Part shown: positions 53,844-61,951 of the stretch, one piece after another
Position numbering within the stretch: position 1 is the first letter of the stretch
Layout of the letters: each line of letters begins with the position of its first letter
Virus record (IMG/VR): IMGVR_UViG_3300017971_000301
Span: 1 to 61,951 of that record
DNA from: a virus
Taxonomy: Duplodnaviria > Caudoviricetes
DNA length: 61,951 nucleotides
Reading direction: 5' to 3' (one strand)
Notes under the pieces: generated by a model
What the model saw: only the letters and a program-made list of their open reading frames with translations
The model's database searches: none
What the model was told of the DNA's origin: nothing
Position numbers and translations under genes: made by a program

Positions 53844-55564
53844 AATACGAATTCAAGACTGAGCCCTATACCTTTCAACGTGAAGCCCTGAGACGAGGAT
53901 GGAACAAACCATTCTTCGGATATCTGATGGACCGGGGAACCGGGAAAACCAAAGTCACAATCGACAATGCCGGTATCCTCTTCACCCAAGACGCTGCCAT
54001 TCAGGGAATGTTGATAATTGCTCCAAACGAAGTTCATAATCGCTGGGTTACTGAACAAATCCCATTGCATTTGCCTGATTATATAAAAAGGAATGCCCAT
54101 GTCTGGGATAACAACAAAGCCAAGACCAAAAAGGGTAAGGCAGCATTGGAAACCCTGTTCGAACCATTCAATCCTGAGGATCCTATCTTACAGATCCTCT
54201 CAATGAATGTAGAAGCCTTCCAGACAGGCAATGCCAAAAACTTGGCTTATAACTTCTGCCGAGCACACCATGTCTTCTTAGTTGTGGATGAATCCACCAG
54301 AATCAAAACACCCAGCACGAAGAGAACTAAAGCTATTTTGAAGTTGACCAACATGGTTCCATATCGCCGAATTCTAACCGGGAATGATGTGACCCGGTCT
54401 CCGTTCGATGTGTTTTCTCAGTATCAGTTTCTTCATCACGACTTCTGGGGGAGTAAAAACTATTATTGGTTTCAGCAACGATATGCAGAATACGAGAAAC
54501 AGTACGCTTCAGTAAAGAAAACCAAGAACAGAATCAAGTGTCCCGAATGCAATAAGATTATTAATCTGGCGGTTGGTAGGTATTATAACAAAGCCCGAGC
54601 AATTTGGCAACATTTTTACAAGTGTCCTGAATGCCAGATTCAACTCACCTGGACACCGATCAAAAATCGAAAGGCCGGCCGAATGCACTATTTTTTACAC
54701 TTGGTTGGTAGTGATCGAAAGAGGGAGGTTTCAGATATAGCATTCATTCGAGAGCTTCGAGAAATCAACGAGAATCAAGGATTGCGGGAATACCCAAAGC
54801 TTCTATATTACAAGAATCTGGAAGAACTAAGAGCGAAGATTGCTCCCCACGTGTTTCGAATCCTGAAGAAAGATTGTATGGACTTGCCGGAGAAAATCTA
54901 TGCTCCTATTTATTGCGAAATGAATCAGGAACAAAGAACAGCCTACGAGGAGCTGAGGGATAACTTGTACACAGAGTATGAAGGGGAAGAATTGACAGTC
55001 GCCAATAAGATATCTCTAATGGTTAGGTTCCGGCAGATAGTGGGTGGTTTCTTTCCCGATACAGATCCCCCAAAACTTCTCGGAAACTCAAACCCCAAAA
55101 TGGATCGTCTGTTGTACGATCTGGAAGACATAGACGAGGAGGCCATTATTATTTGGTCTGTATTCACGGCCGAACTAAAATTCATCAGTAAAACTTTAAG
55201 GAAGAAATATCCCGATGAAACAACAGCCTTGTATTACGGAAATACTAAAAAGTCTGATCGTAAACAGATCATCGATGCTTTCCAGAAAGGACAGATTCGT
55301 TTTCTTGTTGCGAATCCTGCCACGGCTGGTACTGGACTTAATCTACAACGGTCTACTTTGCACTATTATTTTTCTGACTCCTTCCGACTCGAAGATAGAT
55401 GGCAATCAGAAGATCGATCACATCGTCGAGGCCAAGTTAACCATGTTGTTTATAAGGACATTATTATCAAAGGAACCATTGACGATACGATCAGGAAGTC
55501 TCGAGAAACAAAAACAGAAATAGCGGACTTCTTCAGGGAATACAAGATTGAGGATTTGGTATAA
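53840..55564 (+). CDS. SNF2-like (SF2) helicase with an inserted zinc-ribbon domain
   Basis: MDRGTGKT, VVDEST.IK, RRILTG, DLPEK, IIWSVF, GTGLNLQ, QSEDRSHR.GQ. Confidence 0.92.
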   Translation: MKYEFKTEPYTFQREALRRGWNKPFFGYLMDRGTGKTKVTIDNAGILFTQDAAIQGMLIIAPNEVHNRWVTEQIPLHLPDYIKRNAHVWDNNKAKTKKGKAALETLFEPFNPEDPILQILSMNVEAFQTGNAKNLAYNFCRAHHVFLVVDESTRIKTPSTKRTKAILKLTNMVPYRRILTGNDVTRSPFDVFSQYQFLHHDFWGSKNYYWFQQRYAEYEKQYASVKKTKNRIKCPECNKIINLAVGRYYNKARAIWQHFYKCPECQIQLTWTPIKNRKAGRMHYFLHLVGSDRKREVSDIAFIRELREINENQGLREYPKLLYYKNLEELRAKIAPHVFRILKKDCMDLPEKIYAPIYCEMNQEQRTAYEELRDNLYTEYEGEELTVANKISLMVRFRQIVGGFFPDTDPPKLLGNSNPKMDRLLYDLEDIDEEAIIIWSVFTAELKFISKTLRKKYPDETTALYYGNTKKSDRKQIIDAFQKGQIRFLVANPATAGTGLNLQRSTLHYYFSDSFRLEDRWQSEDRSHRRGQVNHVVYKDIIIKGTIDDTIRKSRETKTEIADFFREYKIEDLV

Positions 55565-55765
55565 GTGGATTATTCTGATTGTTCTGTTTGTGTGTTTGAC
55601 CAAGCAGAGGAACAACTCAAACTCACCAAGAACATATGGAAGGAGGAATTAATCAAAACAGATCCAAACAACGAATACCTCGCCATGGCCATTACTATCG
55701 ACGAAGGCAAAAGAGCAGTTATAATCAAACGCTACAAACTCTTCAACAAAAGGAGATCACTTTGA
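55565..55765 (+). CDS. hypothetical protein (3' part lies in the A/C-rich patch)
   Basis: GTG start; codons ending in C/A dominate from about 55600. Confidence 0.45.
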   Translation: MDYSDCSVCVFDQAEEQLKLTKNIWKEELIKTDPNNEYLAMAITIDEGKRAVIIKRYKLFNKRRSL

Positions 55766-55911
55766 AACCAGAACAATTCCTCAAACTCATCAAAGTCTTG
55801 TGGACAATCTTATATCCAACCATCGAGAAACACGTCACCGACAGCAAAAACCCTTATGACAACCTCATACTAGACATCCTCGACAAAATCATCATGAAGG
55901 GCAACATCTAA
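55762..55911 (+). CDS. small hypothetical protein (49 aa)
   Basis: AAGGAG RBS + TTG; TAATG-coupled to the next ORF. Confidence 0.55.
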   Translation: MKPEQFLKLIKVLWTILYPTIEKHVTDSKNPYDNLILDILDKIIMKGNI

Positions 55912-56075
55912 TGAAAACCAACAAATTCAGTCTATCCCACTACAAACTACTCATCGGCAACATGGGCAGGCTCATCCCGATCGCCTGCATCGAAGTACTC
56001 CCAGGCGACATCTTTCAACACCGAACCAACATTACGATCAGAATAGATTGCGATTGGAAATTACCATGGAAATAA
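55911..56075 (+). pseudogene. truncated Microviridae major capsid protein (VP1/F)-like N-terminal fragment, 54 aa
   Basis: Hand translation MKTNKFSLSHYKLLIGNMGRLIPIACIEVLPGDIFQHRTNITIRIDCDWKLPWK*; matches the F.LSH...G.L.P....EVLPGD.F....IR VP1 N-terminal motif as I recall it. Confidence 0.72.
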
Positions 56076-56174
56076 TCAAACTAGAACTGATCATATTAAT
56101 TATGGTCTGGATATTGATTGGAGTTTATCTAGTATGGTATTTCCATTATATTTTACTTAGAAAGGAGACAAGTA

Positions 56175-56960
56175 ATGAACGGCAGAAAAACGAAACAGCT
56201 CAGACATCAGATGAACATATCGCATCCTATACATGCACCTTGGCAATGGCGATTGAAGAAGAAACAAGCGACGAAGGAAAACAAACCATCGACAGTTCCT
56301 CAGACTGCGGCCAGAATTAGCAAGAAAAGGCATTCATGGGAGAGTCGACAAGATTTCAAAAAGCGACGAACAGTTTCGAACGATCGCCGACGAACCAGAG
56401 AAAAGGCTATTAGAATATTCGGGACTTTGATCGCTGCTATATTTTTGTTCATACTTGCAGGATGCGCCGGTTGGTCTATCAACGGGATTACCCTCCAGGA
56501 AATAGATGAAAGTTCTACTTCCAACCGACTGGTTATGCTTGCTGGAGTGGCCACTTCTTTCGGGACCCATTTCGCAGGTCACGCAGTCTATTATGAATTG
56601 AATAATATTGACTGGCGATTGGAAGGATTCTCTGAAATGATCCTGAACGAGGGTGAACTATCAGAATCTCAAAGAGAAAACTGCGGGCGGGCCGGCTTCA
56701 TATCCCAATTGGCAATTGGGGTTCTCCTAAAGACATTTGCAAAAGATAACCCGTTTACTACTGGATATCTAGTGGGAACTACGATTGAGATCTGGGGATA
56801 TCCCCTTACTGTGCGAACTGAGGGCGCCATAGATTGGATGAACAGTGAGAGTGAATGGGTAATATACAGCACTATTGCTGGTTTCTTACTAATCGACAAG
56901 GAGGCAAACGATGCCACTTGGTGCCCGCTAGAGGATGCAGACGATGGCGAAGATACTTAA
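56175..56960 (+). CDS. membrane/lipoprotein-like protein with a basic N-terminal extension
   Basis: Arg/Lys-rich N-terminus, internal IAAIFLFILAGC lipobox-like segment, several hydrophobic helices. Confidence 0.55.
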   Translation: MNGRKTKQLRHQMNISHPIHAPWQWRLKKKQATKENKPSTVPQTAARISKKRHSWESRQDFKKRRTVSNDRRRTREKAIRIFGTLIAAIFLFILAGCAGWSINGITLQEIDESSTSNRLVMLAGVATSFGTHFAGHAVYYELNNIDWRLEGFSEMILNEGELSESQRENCGRAGFISQLAIGVLLKTFAKDNPFTTGYLVGTTIEIWGYPLTVRTEGAIDWMNSESEWVIYSTIAGFLLIDKEANDATWCPLEDADDGEDT

Positions 56961-57204
56961 AATTGACCGATGTGTTGATTGTTCGTACTATTTCTCTGGC
57001 AAGGCTAATATCGATAATGTTTGGATTACCCTTACACGATTATGGCAATGCCACCATCCCGCCATCGGCAATAGAGACACCGTCGAACCGCATAGGATGA
57101 TACAAGAATGGTGTCCGCTAGAGGATGCCCCGGAGGAAATGGAAGAAGAGAAACAGAACCCTACGAAAATTCGAGATAAAAATGAAATCAACAATCCTTT
57201 GTGA
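56944..57204 (+). CDS. small Cys-rich protein
   Basis: CVDCSY...CHHP...WCPLEDA. Confidence 0.55.
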   Translation: MAKILKIDRCVDCSYYFSGKANIDNVWITLTRLWQCHHPAIGNRDTVEPHRMIQEWCPLEDAPEEMEEEKQNPTKIRDKNEINNPL

Positions 57205-57565
57205 AGCCGGCGAAGACCTTGAAAAAAGGGATGGTATTATGGAAGAGGTTGTACAATCGCATATGTTCAGTAAGGTAGTTCGTTGTAGGGAGAAAAGGGC
57301 CGAGGGAAGAAAACCTCGATCGGGTCGATTTTATGGTTTAGTTCGAATTGGGGATCTGGATTGGGCTATTGTCAAATGGAACAAAGACCAAGCTCCTTCT
57401 CTCCAGGTTTCCGATCAAATCAGAATCGAGGTTCAGCGCTGGGAAGACCCGCCGATCGTTATTCCCGAGAATACAGACCGGTTCGCCAGTGTAGAAGATG
57501 TAGACCTAACCATGGGGGATGTTCAGGAAGAATTTGTGCCGGGCGTTCCTTGTGAATCGGCTTAA
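57182..57565 (+). CDS. hypothetical protein
   Basis: Overlaps the upstream gene; 127 aa. Confidence 0.5.
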   Translation: MKSTILCEAGEDLEKRDGIMEEVVQSHMFSKVVRCREKRAEGRKPRSGRFYGLVRIGDLDWAIVKWNKDQAPSLQVSDQIRIEVQRWEDPPIVIPENTDRFASVEDVDLTMGDVQEEFVPGVPCESA

Positions 57566-57615
57566 GGGGGAACCATTTATATTGGTAGAAATTAGCTTAG
57601 ATTAAGGAGGGAATT

Positions 57616-58314
57616 ATGAGAATCGTACATCCTGATTTTGAAATCCTTGCGATTTATGGAGGTCCCAAAACAATTGAGGCTGCGGGAAGAACCTGCTATA
57701 AATCTGAGGACAAAATCACCAGCGACTCTGCCAAGAAATTCGTTGCGATGATCAGGGATCGGGGACACCACTCAGTTCTCGAACATTCTTTGTTGTCTGT
57801 TAAGATCATATGCGACCGAGGAGTTACCCATGAAATTGTTAGACATAGATTGGCTGCGTATTCTCAGGAATCGACCCGATATGTCAACTATAAAGGAGGC
57901 TGCACATTTGTTGCACCGCCCTGGACTGGGTTTCTACAAGGAGAATATCGATTAGAATCAGGACTAACTTATCGACGAGAAGAAGGTGCTAAAATACATA
58001 TGGACATAAGAGATAGTCCGGCTGATGTTTGGCTATGGCATATGTTTGTCTGCGAGAACAATTACAAATTACTGATCGAACAGGGGTGGTCTCCTCAGGA
58101 AGCAAGGTCGGTTCTTCCAAATTCCACCAAAACAGAAATTGTTGTAACAGCGAACTTCAGGGAATGGCGACATATATTCACTCTGCGTTGTAGTTCTGAC
58201 GCTCATCCCCAAATGCGAGAGGTTATGTATCCCATCCTCACTGAGGTACAACGAAAAGTACCCGTGATCTTCGACGATTTGATCTGGTTTCGTGAAAAAA
58301 GGTTTACAGGATAA
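57616..58314 (+). CDS. thyX: flavin-dependent thymidylate synthase
   Basis: GHHSVLEH, RGVTHEIVRHRLAAYSQESTRY (RHRx7SxR), ARSVLP, NFREWRH..LRC...AH.QMR. Confidence 0.95.
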   Translation: MRIVHPDFEILAIYGGPKTIEAAGRTCYKSEDKITSDSAKKFVAMIRDRGHHSVLEHSLLSVKIICDRGVTHEIVRHRLAAYSQESTRYVNYKGGCTFVAPPWTGFLQGEYRLESGLTYRREEGAKIHMDIRDSPADVWLWHMFVCENNYKLLIEQGWSPQEARSVLPNSTKTEIVVTANFREWRHIFTLRCSSDAHPQMREVMYPILTEVQRKVPVIFDDLIWFREKRFTG

Positions 58315-58331
58315 TCTTTTTGTGATATACT
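58303..58331 (+). promoter_or_regulatory. sigma70-type promoter with an operator-like spacer
   Basis: TTTACA-N17-TATACT; overlaps AGGATAATCTT, a near-match to the 52795 palindrome. Confidence 0.7.
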
Positions 58332-58359
58332 AAAATGATGCTGAAAAAGGAGACCGCCA

Positions 58360-58992
58360 GTGCCAAAGAAAAAGAAACCTACCGAAGATATTTTTGCCGA
58401 GATGGAAGACGAGCAGAAGAAGTCTGTTACCGAGGCCGATCTAGCCACACTTTCTGATCTGGCAAAACAACAAAAAACCCTGGAAGAAGAGGCTGATGAA
58501 TCCCAAGCAAGAAAGATCTATGATATGTTGGTCAAGCGGGGGATATCTTTAGCGACAATCGATCAAGCCCGCTCCTTACTGAATACTGATTACCAGAACA
58601 TTCGGAATAACCAGTTGCCAGAGAAGATGGAAGAACTGGGATTCGCCAGTTTCGAATTGAAAGACGGTGGATCGATCCGTGTAAAAGAAGGAATCTCTGT
58701 TAGCGTTTTGGACAAACCCAAACTGATCAACACAATAATTCAACGGGGATATCAGGACGCAGTGAAGAACCAGGTCGTTGTGAAATTCCCAATGGAAGGC
58801 AGAAAGTCAGCCCGGAACTTTGTTAAATATGTAACCAGATACTATAAGGACAGGGATAAATGTGAAATGGTTGAATCTGAAGATATCCATTCCGCAACCC
58901 TGAAGAAATTGATGAAGACATTCAAGGAAGAGGGTAAAAGTTACCCTGATTCTGTGAGTGTGTTCGAATACAAGTTCACCAAAATCACATAA
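58360..58992 (+). CDS. hypothetical protein of the replication module
   Basis: AAGGAG+GTG; LPE.M.E.G...F.L.DG, IH..TLK pattern often seen before phage SSB genes. Confidence 0.7.
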   Translation: MPKKKKPTEDIFAEMEDEQKKSVTEADLATLSDLAKQQKTLEEEADESQARKIYDMLVKRGISLATIDQARSLLNTDYQNIRNNQLPEKMEELGFASFELKDGGSIRVKEGISVSVLDKPKLINTIIQRGYQDAVKNQVVVKFPMEGRKSARNFVKYVTRYYKDRDKCEMVESEDIHSATLKKLMKTFKEEGKSYPDSVSVFEYKFTKIT

Positions 58993-59004
58993 GGAGGGAA
59001 ACTA

Positions 59005-59808
59005 ATGACAAAAAAAGCAACATCTGGCAAGAGCGTAGTAAAATCAAACAAAGATGAAATTGCTCTGTTGGAACAGATGAACGGGTATGGTCAAACGGGT
59101 TTCGAGGATACGTCCAGTGACTCGTTTGCTATTCCGTTCATTCGAATACTTCAGGCAAACTCGCCGCAACTCCTGGAAGACGATGATTCTTACATCGAGA
59201 AAGCAAAGCCGGGGATGTTCTTCAATACCCTCACAGGGGATCTATATGGAAAGACCCTGAGTGTGATCAACATTCACTTTACAAGAGATTTCATCGAATG
59301 GCGACCGAACCGCGGCGGATTCGTTATGTCCCACGGCGATGATGAATCGATTAGGCGGCGGGTTGTTGAGGTCGAAGACAACGGGAATCAGGTTCTTGAC
59401 AATGGCAATATTCTTCAGGAATCCCGTAACCATTTTCTTTTACTTCCCGATCACATGGAAGATGGGCCCATGATATTCGCCCTTACGAGCACCGGAATTC
59501 GTCACTCAAAACGTTGGATGTCGATGATGAGACGAATCAAGAATCCTCAGGGAAAAGTCAATAACCCAATCTTCATGGGAGTCTGGGAAATAACGACTGC
59601 CCTGAACGAGAATGAGGAGGGTAAGTGGTATCAGATCGGAACAAGATCCGCTGGCAAATACGAATTTGATAGAATCATCAATGCAGAAGAATTCGAGGTC
59701 GTAAAAATGGCTCGGGATCTGATTCTATCCGGCCGTGCCAAGGTCGATTATGAATCAGGAATGGAGGGAGGAAAAGCCGAAGGTAGCGAAGACGACGTCC
59801 CGTTCTAA
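59005..59808 (+). CDS. single-stranded DNA-binding/annealing protein
   Basis: IPFIRILQ..SPQ, G...NT.T, EWRP..GG; acidic DDVPF C-terminal tail. Confidence 0.7.
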   Translation: MTKKATSGKSVVKSNKDEIALLEQMNGYGQTGFEDTSSDSFAIPFIRILQANSPQLLEDDDSYIEKAKPGMFFNTLTGDLYGKTLSVINIHFTRDFIEWRPNRGGFVMSHGDDESIRRRVVEVEDNGNQVLDNGNILQESRNHFLLLPDHMEDGPMIFALTSTGIRHSKRWMSMMRRIKNPQGKVNNPIFMGVWEITTALNENEEGKWYQIGTRSAGKYEFDRIINAEEFEVVKMARDLILSGRAKVDYESGMEGGKAEGSEDDVPF

Positions 59809-59837
59809 TGCTGAATCTGATTTGATCTTCAATTAAA

Positions 59838-61337
59838 TTGAGCGGGATTGTTATGAAGTTTTCTTCGCTATTCAAAGGCAGGGATGACGCCTATGGTGTT
59901 TACCTGATTGAGAAAGGGTCGAAGAAGAAGGTTCAGGGACGAGCCTTTACAAAAACCGAGCCCTTGACCGAACAGCATTATAAGGATCACTTATCAGGGA
60001 AAACAGGTCTAGGCGTCATCCCTATCATGTCTGATAATACATGTTTGTGGGGAGCAATAGATGTAGACGATTACAAAGCTCCCCTGGAAACTCTCAGTAA
60101 ACAAGTGGAGGGGATGGAACTTCCGCTTGTTTTGTGTCGCAGCAAATCCGGAGGAGCACACCTTTATTTGTTCCTGAAAAACCCAATTCCCGCTGTTTTA
60201 CTTAGAGATAAACTGTTTGAGTTTGCCGCGGCAATTGGGTATCCCAATTCTGAATTGTTCCCGAAACAGGTTGAGTTTGAATCAGATGATGAAGTTGGCA
60301 ATTGGATTAATCTGCCATACTTCGATGAGGAACGAACAACTCGTTATGCTTTGAAAGATGGAAAACCTTTAGATCTAAAACAGTTTTTGAAGTATGCCGG
60401 GCAAAAGGTAGTCACTGAAGAAGATTTGAAGAACTTTGAATTAAAGCTGGTTGATGGATTAGAAGATGCTCCTCCGTGTTTACAATACTTGGCAACGATT
60501 GGGATTACGGCAGGGCAAAAGGATTCTTGCCTATTCAATTTCGCTGTATATTGCAAGCTGAAGGACAAAGATAATTGGGAAAAGAATCTTGAAACAATCA
60601 ACCAGACTTATGTTAAGCCGCCGGCGAGGGCTGAGACAATATTAAAGGTTGTCAAGCCACACAGGAAGAAATCTTATTTCTATACGTGTGAACAGTCCCC
60701 GCTTAAGGATTATTGTAATCGAGAGTTGTGTTTAGCACGTCTATTTGGGATTGGTCAATCTGACAAAGAACCAAAGATAAAGTTAGGGCTCCTACGGAAA
60801 GTGGAAACCGAACCGCCGGTTTGGTATTTGGAAGTTGAAGGAACTGAATTGGAATTCCAGACAAAGGATTTGCTGGATCAGTTTAGATTTCGAAGGATTT
60901 GTTTTGAACGGATTCACCTTATTCCACCGACCCTGAAACCGGTCACATGGGATCGAATGCTTCAAGAACGATTAGATAAAGTGGAACGAATCGAGGCTCC
61001 AGAGGATGCTGGTCCTGAGGGACAGTTTAGGTTTCATTTGCAAAATTTTTGTACGATTGGGGTATCTGATGAAAAGGACGGATTACTTCGTGGACGACCC
61101 TGGACTGATGAAGAGAACAACTTAACTCATTTCGTTTCTGGTGATTTAATTAGATATTTGAACAGTAAGAAATTTTATCAATTTCCTGTTCACGAGGTCT
61201 ATGCTAACATCAGAAAACTAGAAGGTAAGAATAAAGTCCTGCGGATTAAAGGGAAAACGATTCGAGTCTGGTCGGTCCCGATATTCGAAAAACAAACCGA
61301 GGAGTTTGACTTGCCAGATATGGAGGACCCATTCTAA
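59838..61337 (+). CDS. AEP-superfamily DNA primase
   Basis: HL.G..GLGVIP, WGAIDVD, RSKSGGAHLYLF, FPKQ...GNWINLPY, PPC, C-terminal Cys cluster; start may be ATG 59853. Confidence 0.85.
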   Translation: MSGIVMKFSSLFKGRDDAYGVYLIEKGSKKKVQGRAFTKTEPLTEQHYKDHLSGKTGLGVIPIMSDNTCLWGAIDVDDYKAPLETLSKQVEGMELPLVLCRSKSGGAHLYLFLKNPIPAVLLRDKLFEFAAAIGYPNSELFPKQVEFESDDEVGNWINLPYFDEERTTRYALKDGKPLDLKQFLKYAGQKVVTEEDLKNFELKLVDGLEDAPPCLQYLATIGITAGQKDSCLFNFAVYCKLKDKDNWEKNLETINQTYVKPPARAETILKVVKPHRKKSYFYTCEQSPLKDYCNRELCLARLFGIGQSDKEPKIKLGLLRKVETEPPVWYLEVEGTELEFQTKDLLDQFRFRRICFERIHLIPPTLKPVTWDRMLQERLDKVERIEAPEDAGPEGQFRFHLQNFCTIGVSDEKDGLLRGRPWTDEENNLTHFVSGDLIRYLNSKKFYQFPVHEVYANIRKLEGKNKVLRIKGKTIRVWSVPIFEKQTEEFDLPDMEDPF

Positions 61338-61783
61338 TGGAATATGTCGTTGGATTTGCGTTCAGTAAGAATCGAAAGAATGTTCTTTTGATATGTAAGA
61401 ATCGTCCTGAATGGCAGAAGGGTTGCTTGAATGGGATTGGTGGAAAAGTCGAAGACGACCCAACTTTTCTTGCAGCAATGAACCGGGAGTGTTTGGAAGA
61501 AACAGGATTAATTCTGAATTGGCAACAAAAGGGAATAATGAAAGGTCGGAATGATGATGGAAAACATTTTGTCTGTCATATCTTCTATGCCTATTCAGAT
61601 GATATTTACAAATATCAACAAAAGGAAGACGAAGAATTAGAAATATGGTCGGTTCATGATTTTCTTGAATCAGTTGCTCAACGTGTAACTAATTTGAACT
61701 GGCTTATTCCCTTTGGGATACACGAAGAGAACCGGGTATTCATGGAACTGGATTATGGGCTCTCGAATCGTTACTACGAATGA
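61337..61783 (+). CDS. NUDIX hydrolase
   Basis: NGIGGKVE......AAMNRECLEETGL Nudix box. Confidence 0.88.
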   Translation: MEYVVGFAFSKNRKNVLLICKNRPEWQKGCLNGIGGKVEDDPTFLAAMNRECLEETGLILNWQQKGIMKGRNDDGKHFVCHIFYAYSDDIYKYQQKEDEELEIWSVHDFLESVAQRVTNLNWLIPFGIHEENRVFMELDYGLSNRYYE

Positions 61784-61951
61784 TTGTCCCGTCAACTGTC
61801 CCCATCTGTATATAGCAAACGGGGCTAACTATTCGGGCTGTGAACTAACCATCCGACCCATGGGAGTTCTAATTGAGGAAATAGGAGGGATAGTAAAAAT
61901 GAACGATTACGATCCATTTCACAGTGGCAACCAGGAATGGGTAGAACTGGA
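61755..61951 (+). CDS. hypothetical protein, truncated at the window end
   Basis: Open frame MGSRIVTTNDCPVNCPH... with no stop before the end of the sequence. Confidence 0.4.
   Translation, partial: MGSRIVTTNDCPVNCPHLYIANGANYSGCELTIRPMGVLIEEIGGIVKMNDYDPFHSGNQEWVEL

Noticed and set aside
54500-54800. Intein in the helicase
   Set aside because: No N-terminal Cys/Ser splice block, no His-Asn end, no LAGLIDADG motifs
61755-61951. Direct circular join of the window end to base 1
   Set aside because: The terminal ORF would continue in frame 2 at base 1 while the helicase is in frame 1 and lacks its start, and I see no terminal overlap. Gene order suggests continuity, but some sequence is missing.
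1-61951. Stop-codon reassignment, tRNA or rRNA genes
   Set aside because: Core genes are intact in the standard code and use all three stops; no cloverleaf or rRNA-like sequence recognised by eye (tRNAscan/Rfam not run)

Overview
This window is most of the genome of a tailed dsDNA phage (long non-contractile tail gene set), apparently lytic: I see no integrase, repressor cassette, tRNA or CRISPR array. Both ends cut through ORFs. The + strand carries replication and early genes: SNF2 helicase, ThyX, SSB-like protein, AEP primase, NUDIX, UvrD helicase, PolA, resolvase and many small ORFs with a repeated TTTACA-N17-TA(C/T)A(A/C)T promoter. The - strand (17.3-51.7 kb) carries packaging, head, tail and lysis genes. 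Five things stand out. (1) A DNA-base modification operon (9.0-14.8 kb) combines a T4-like pre-replicative cytosine set (dNMP kinase, dimeric dUTPase/dCTPase, TS-fold enzyme with the dCMP-type Asp) with an Asn-synthetase-like amidotransferase and a divergent C5-methyltransferase. That methyltransferase naturally has Lys at the motif X Asn, the substitution known to turn C5-MTases into carboxymethyltransferases. (2) About 12 sugar-activation, glycosyl-, sulfo- and methyl-transfer genes (including KdsB, GalE and a B12 radical SAM) sit inside the head and tail operon, suggesting a complex virion glycan. (3) A 54-codon ORF missed by the ORF track resembles the N-terminus of an ssDNA Microviridae major capsid protein and lies in a compositionally foreign patch. 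(4) A MuF head protein is fused to GNAT and HEXXH-peptidase domains and followed by a candidate immunity gene. (5) Two identical divergent sigma54-like promoters drive early genes. All family assignments come from motif recognition by eye; no database search was run.
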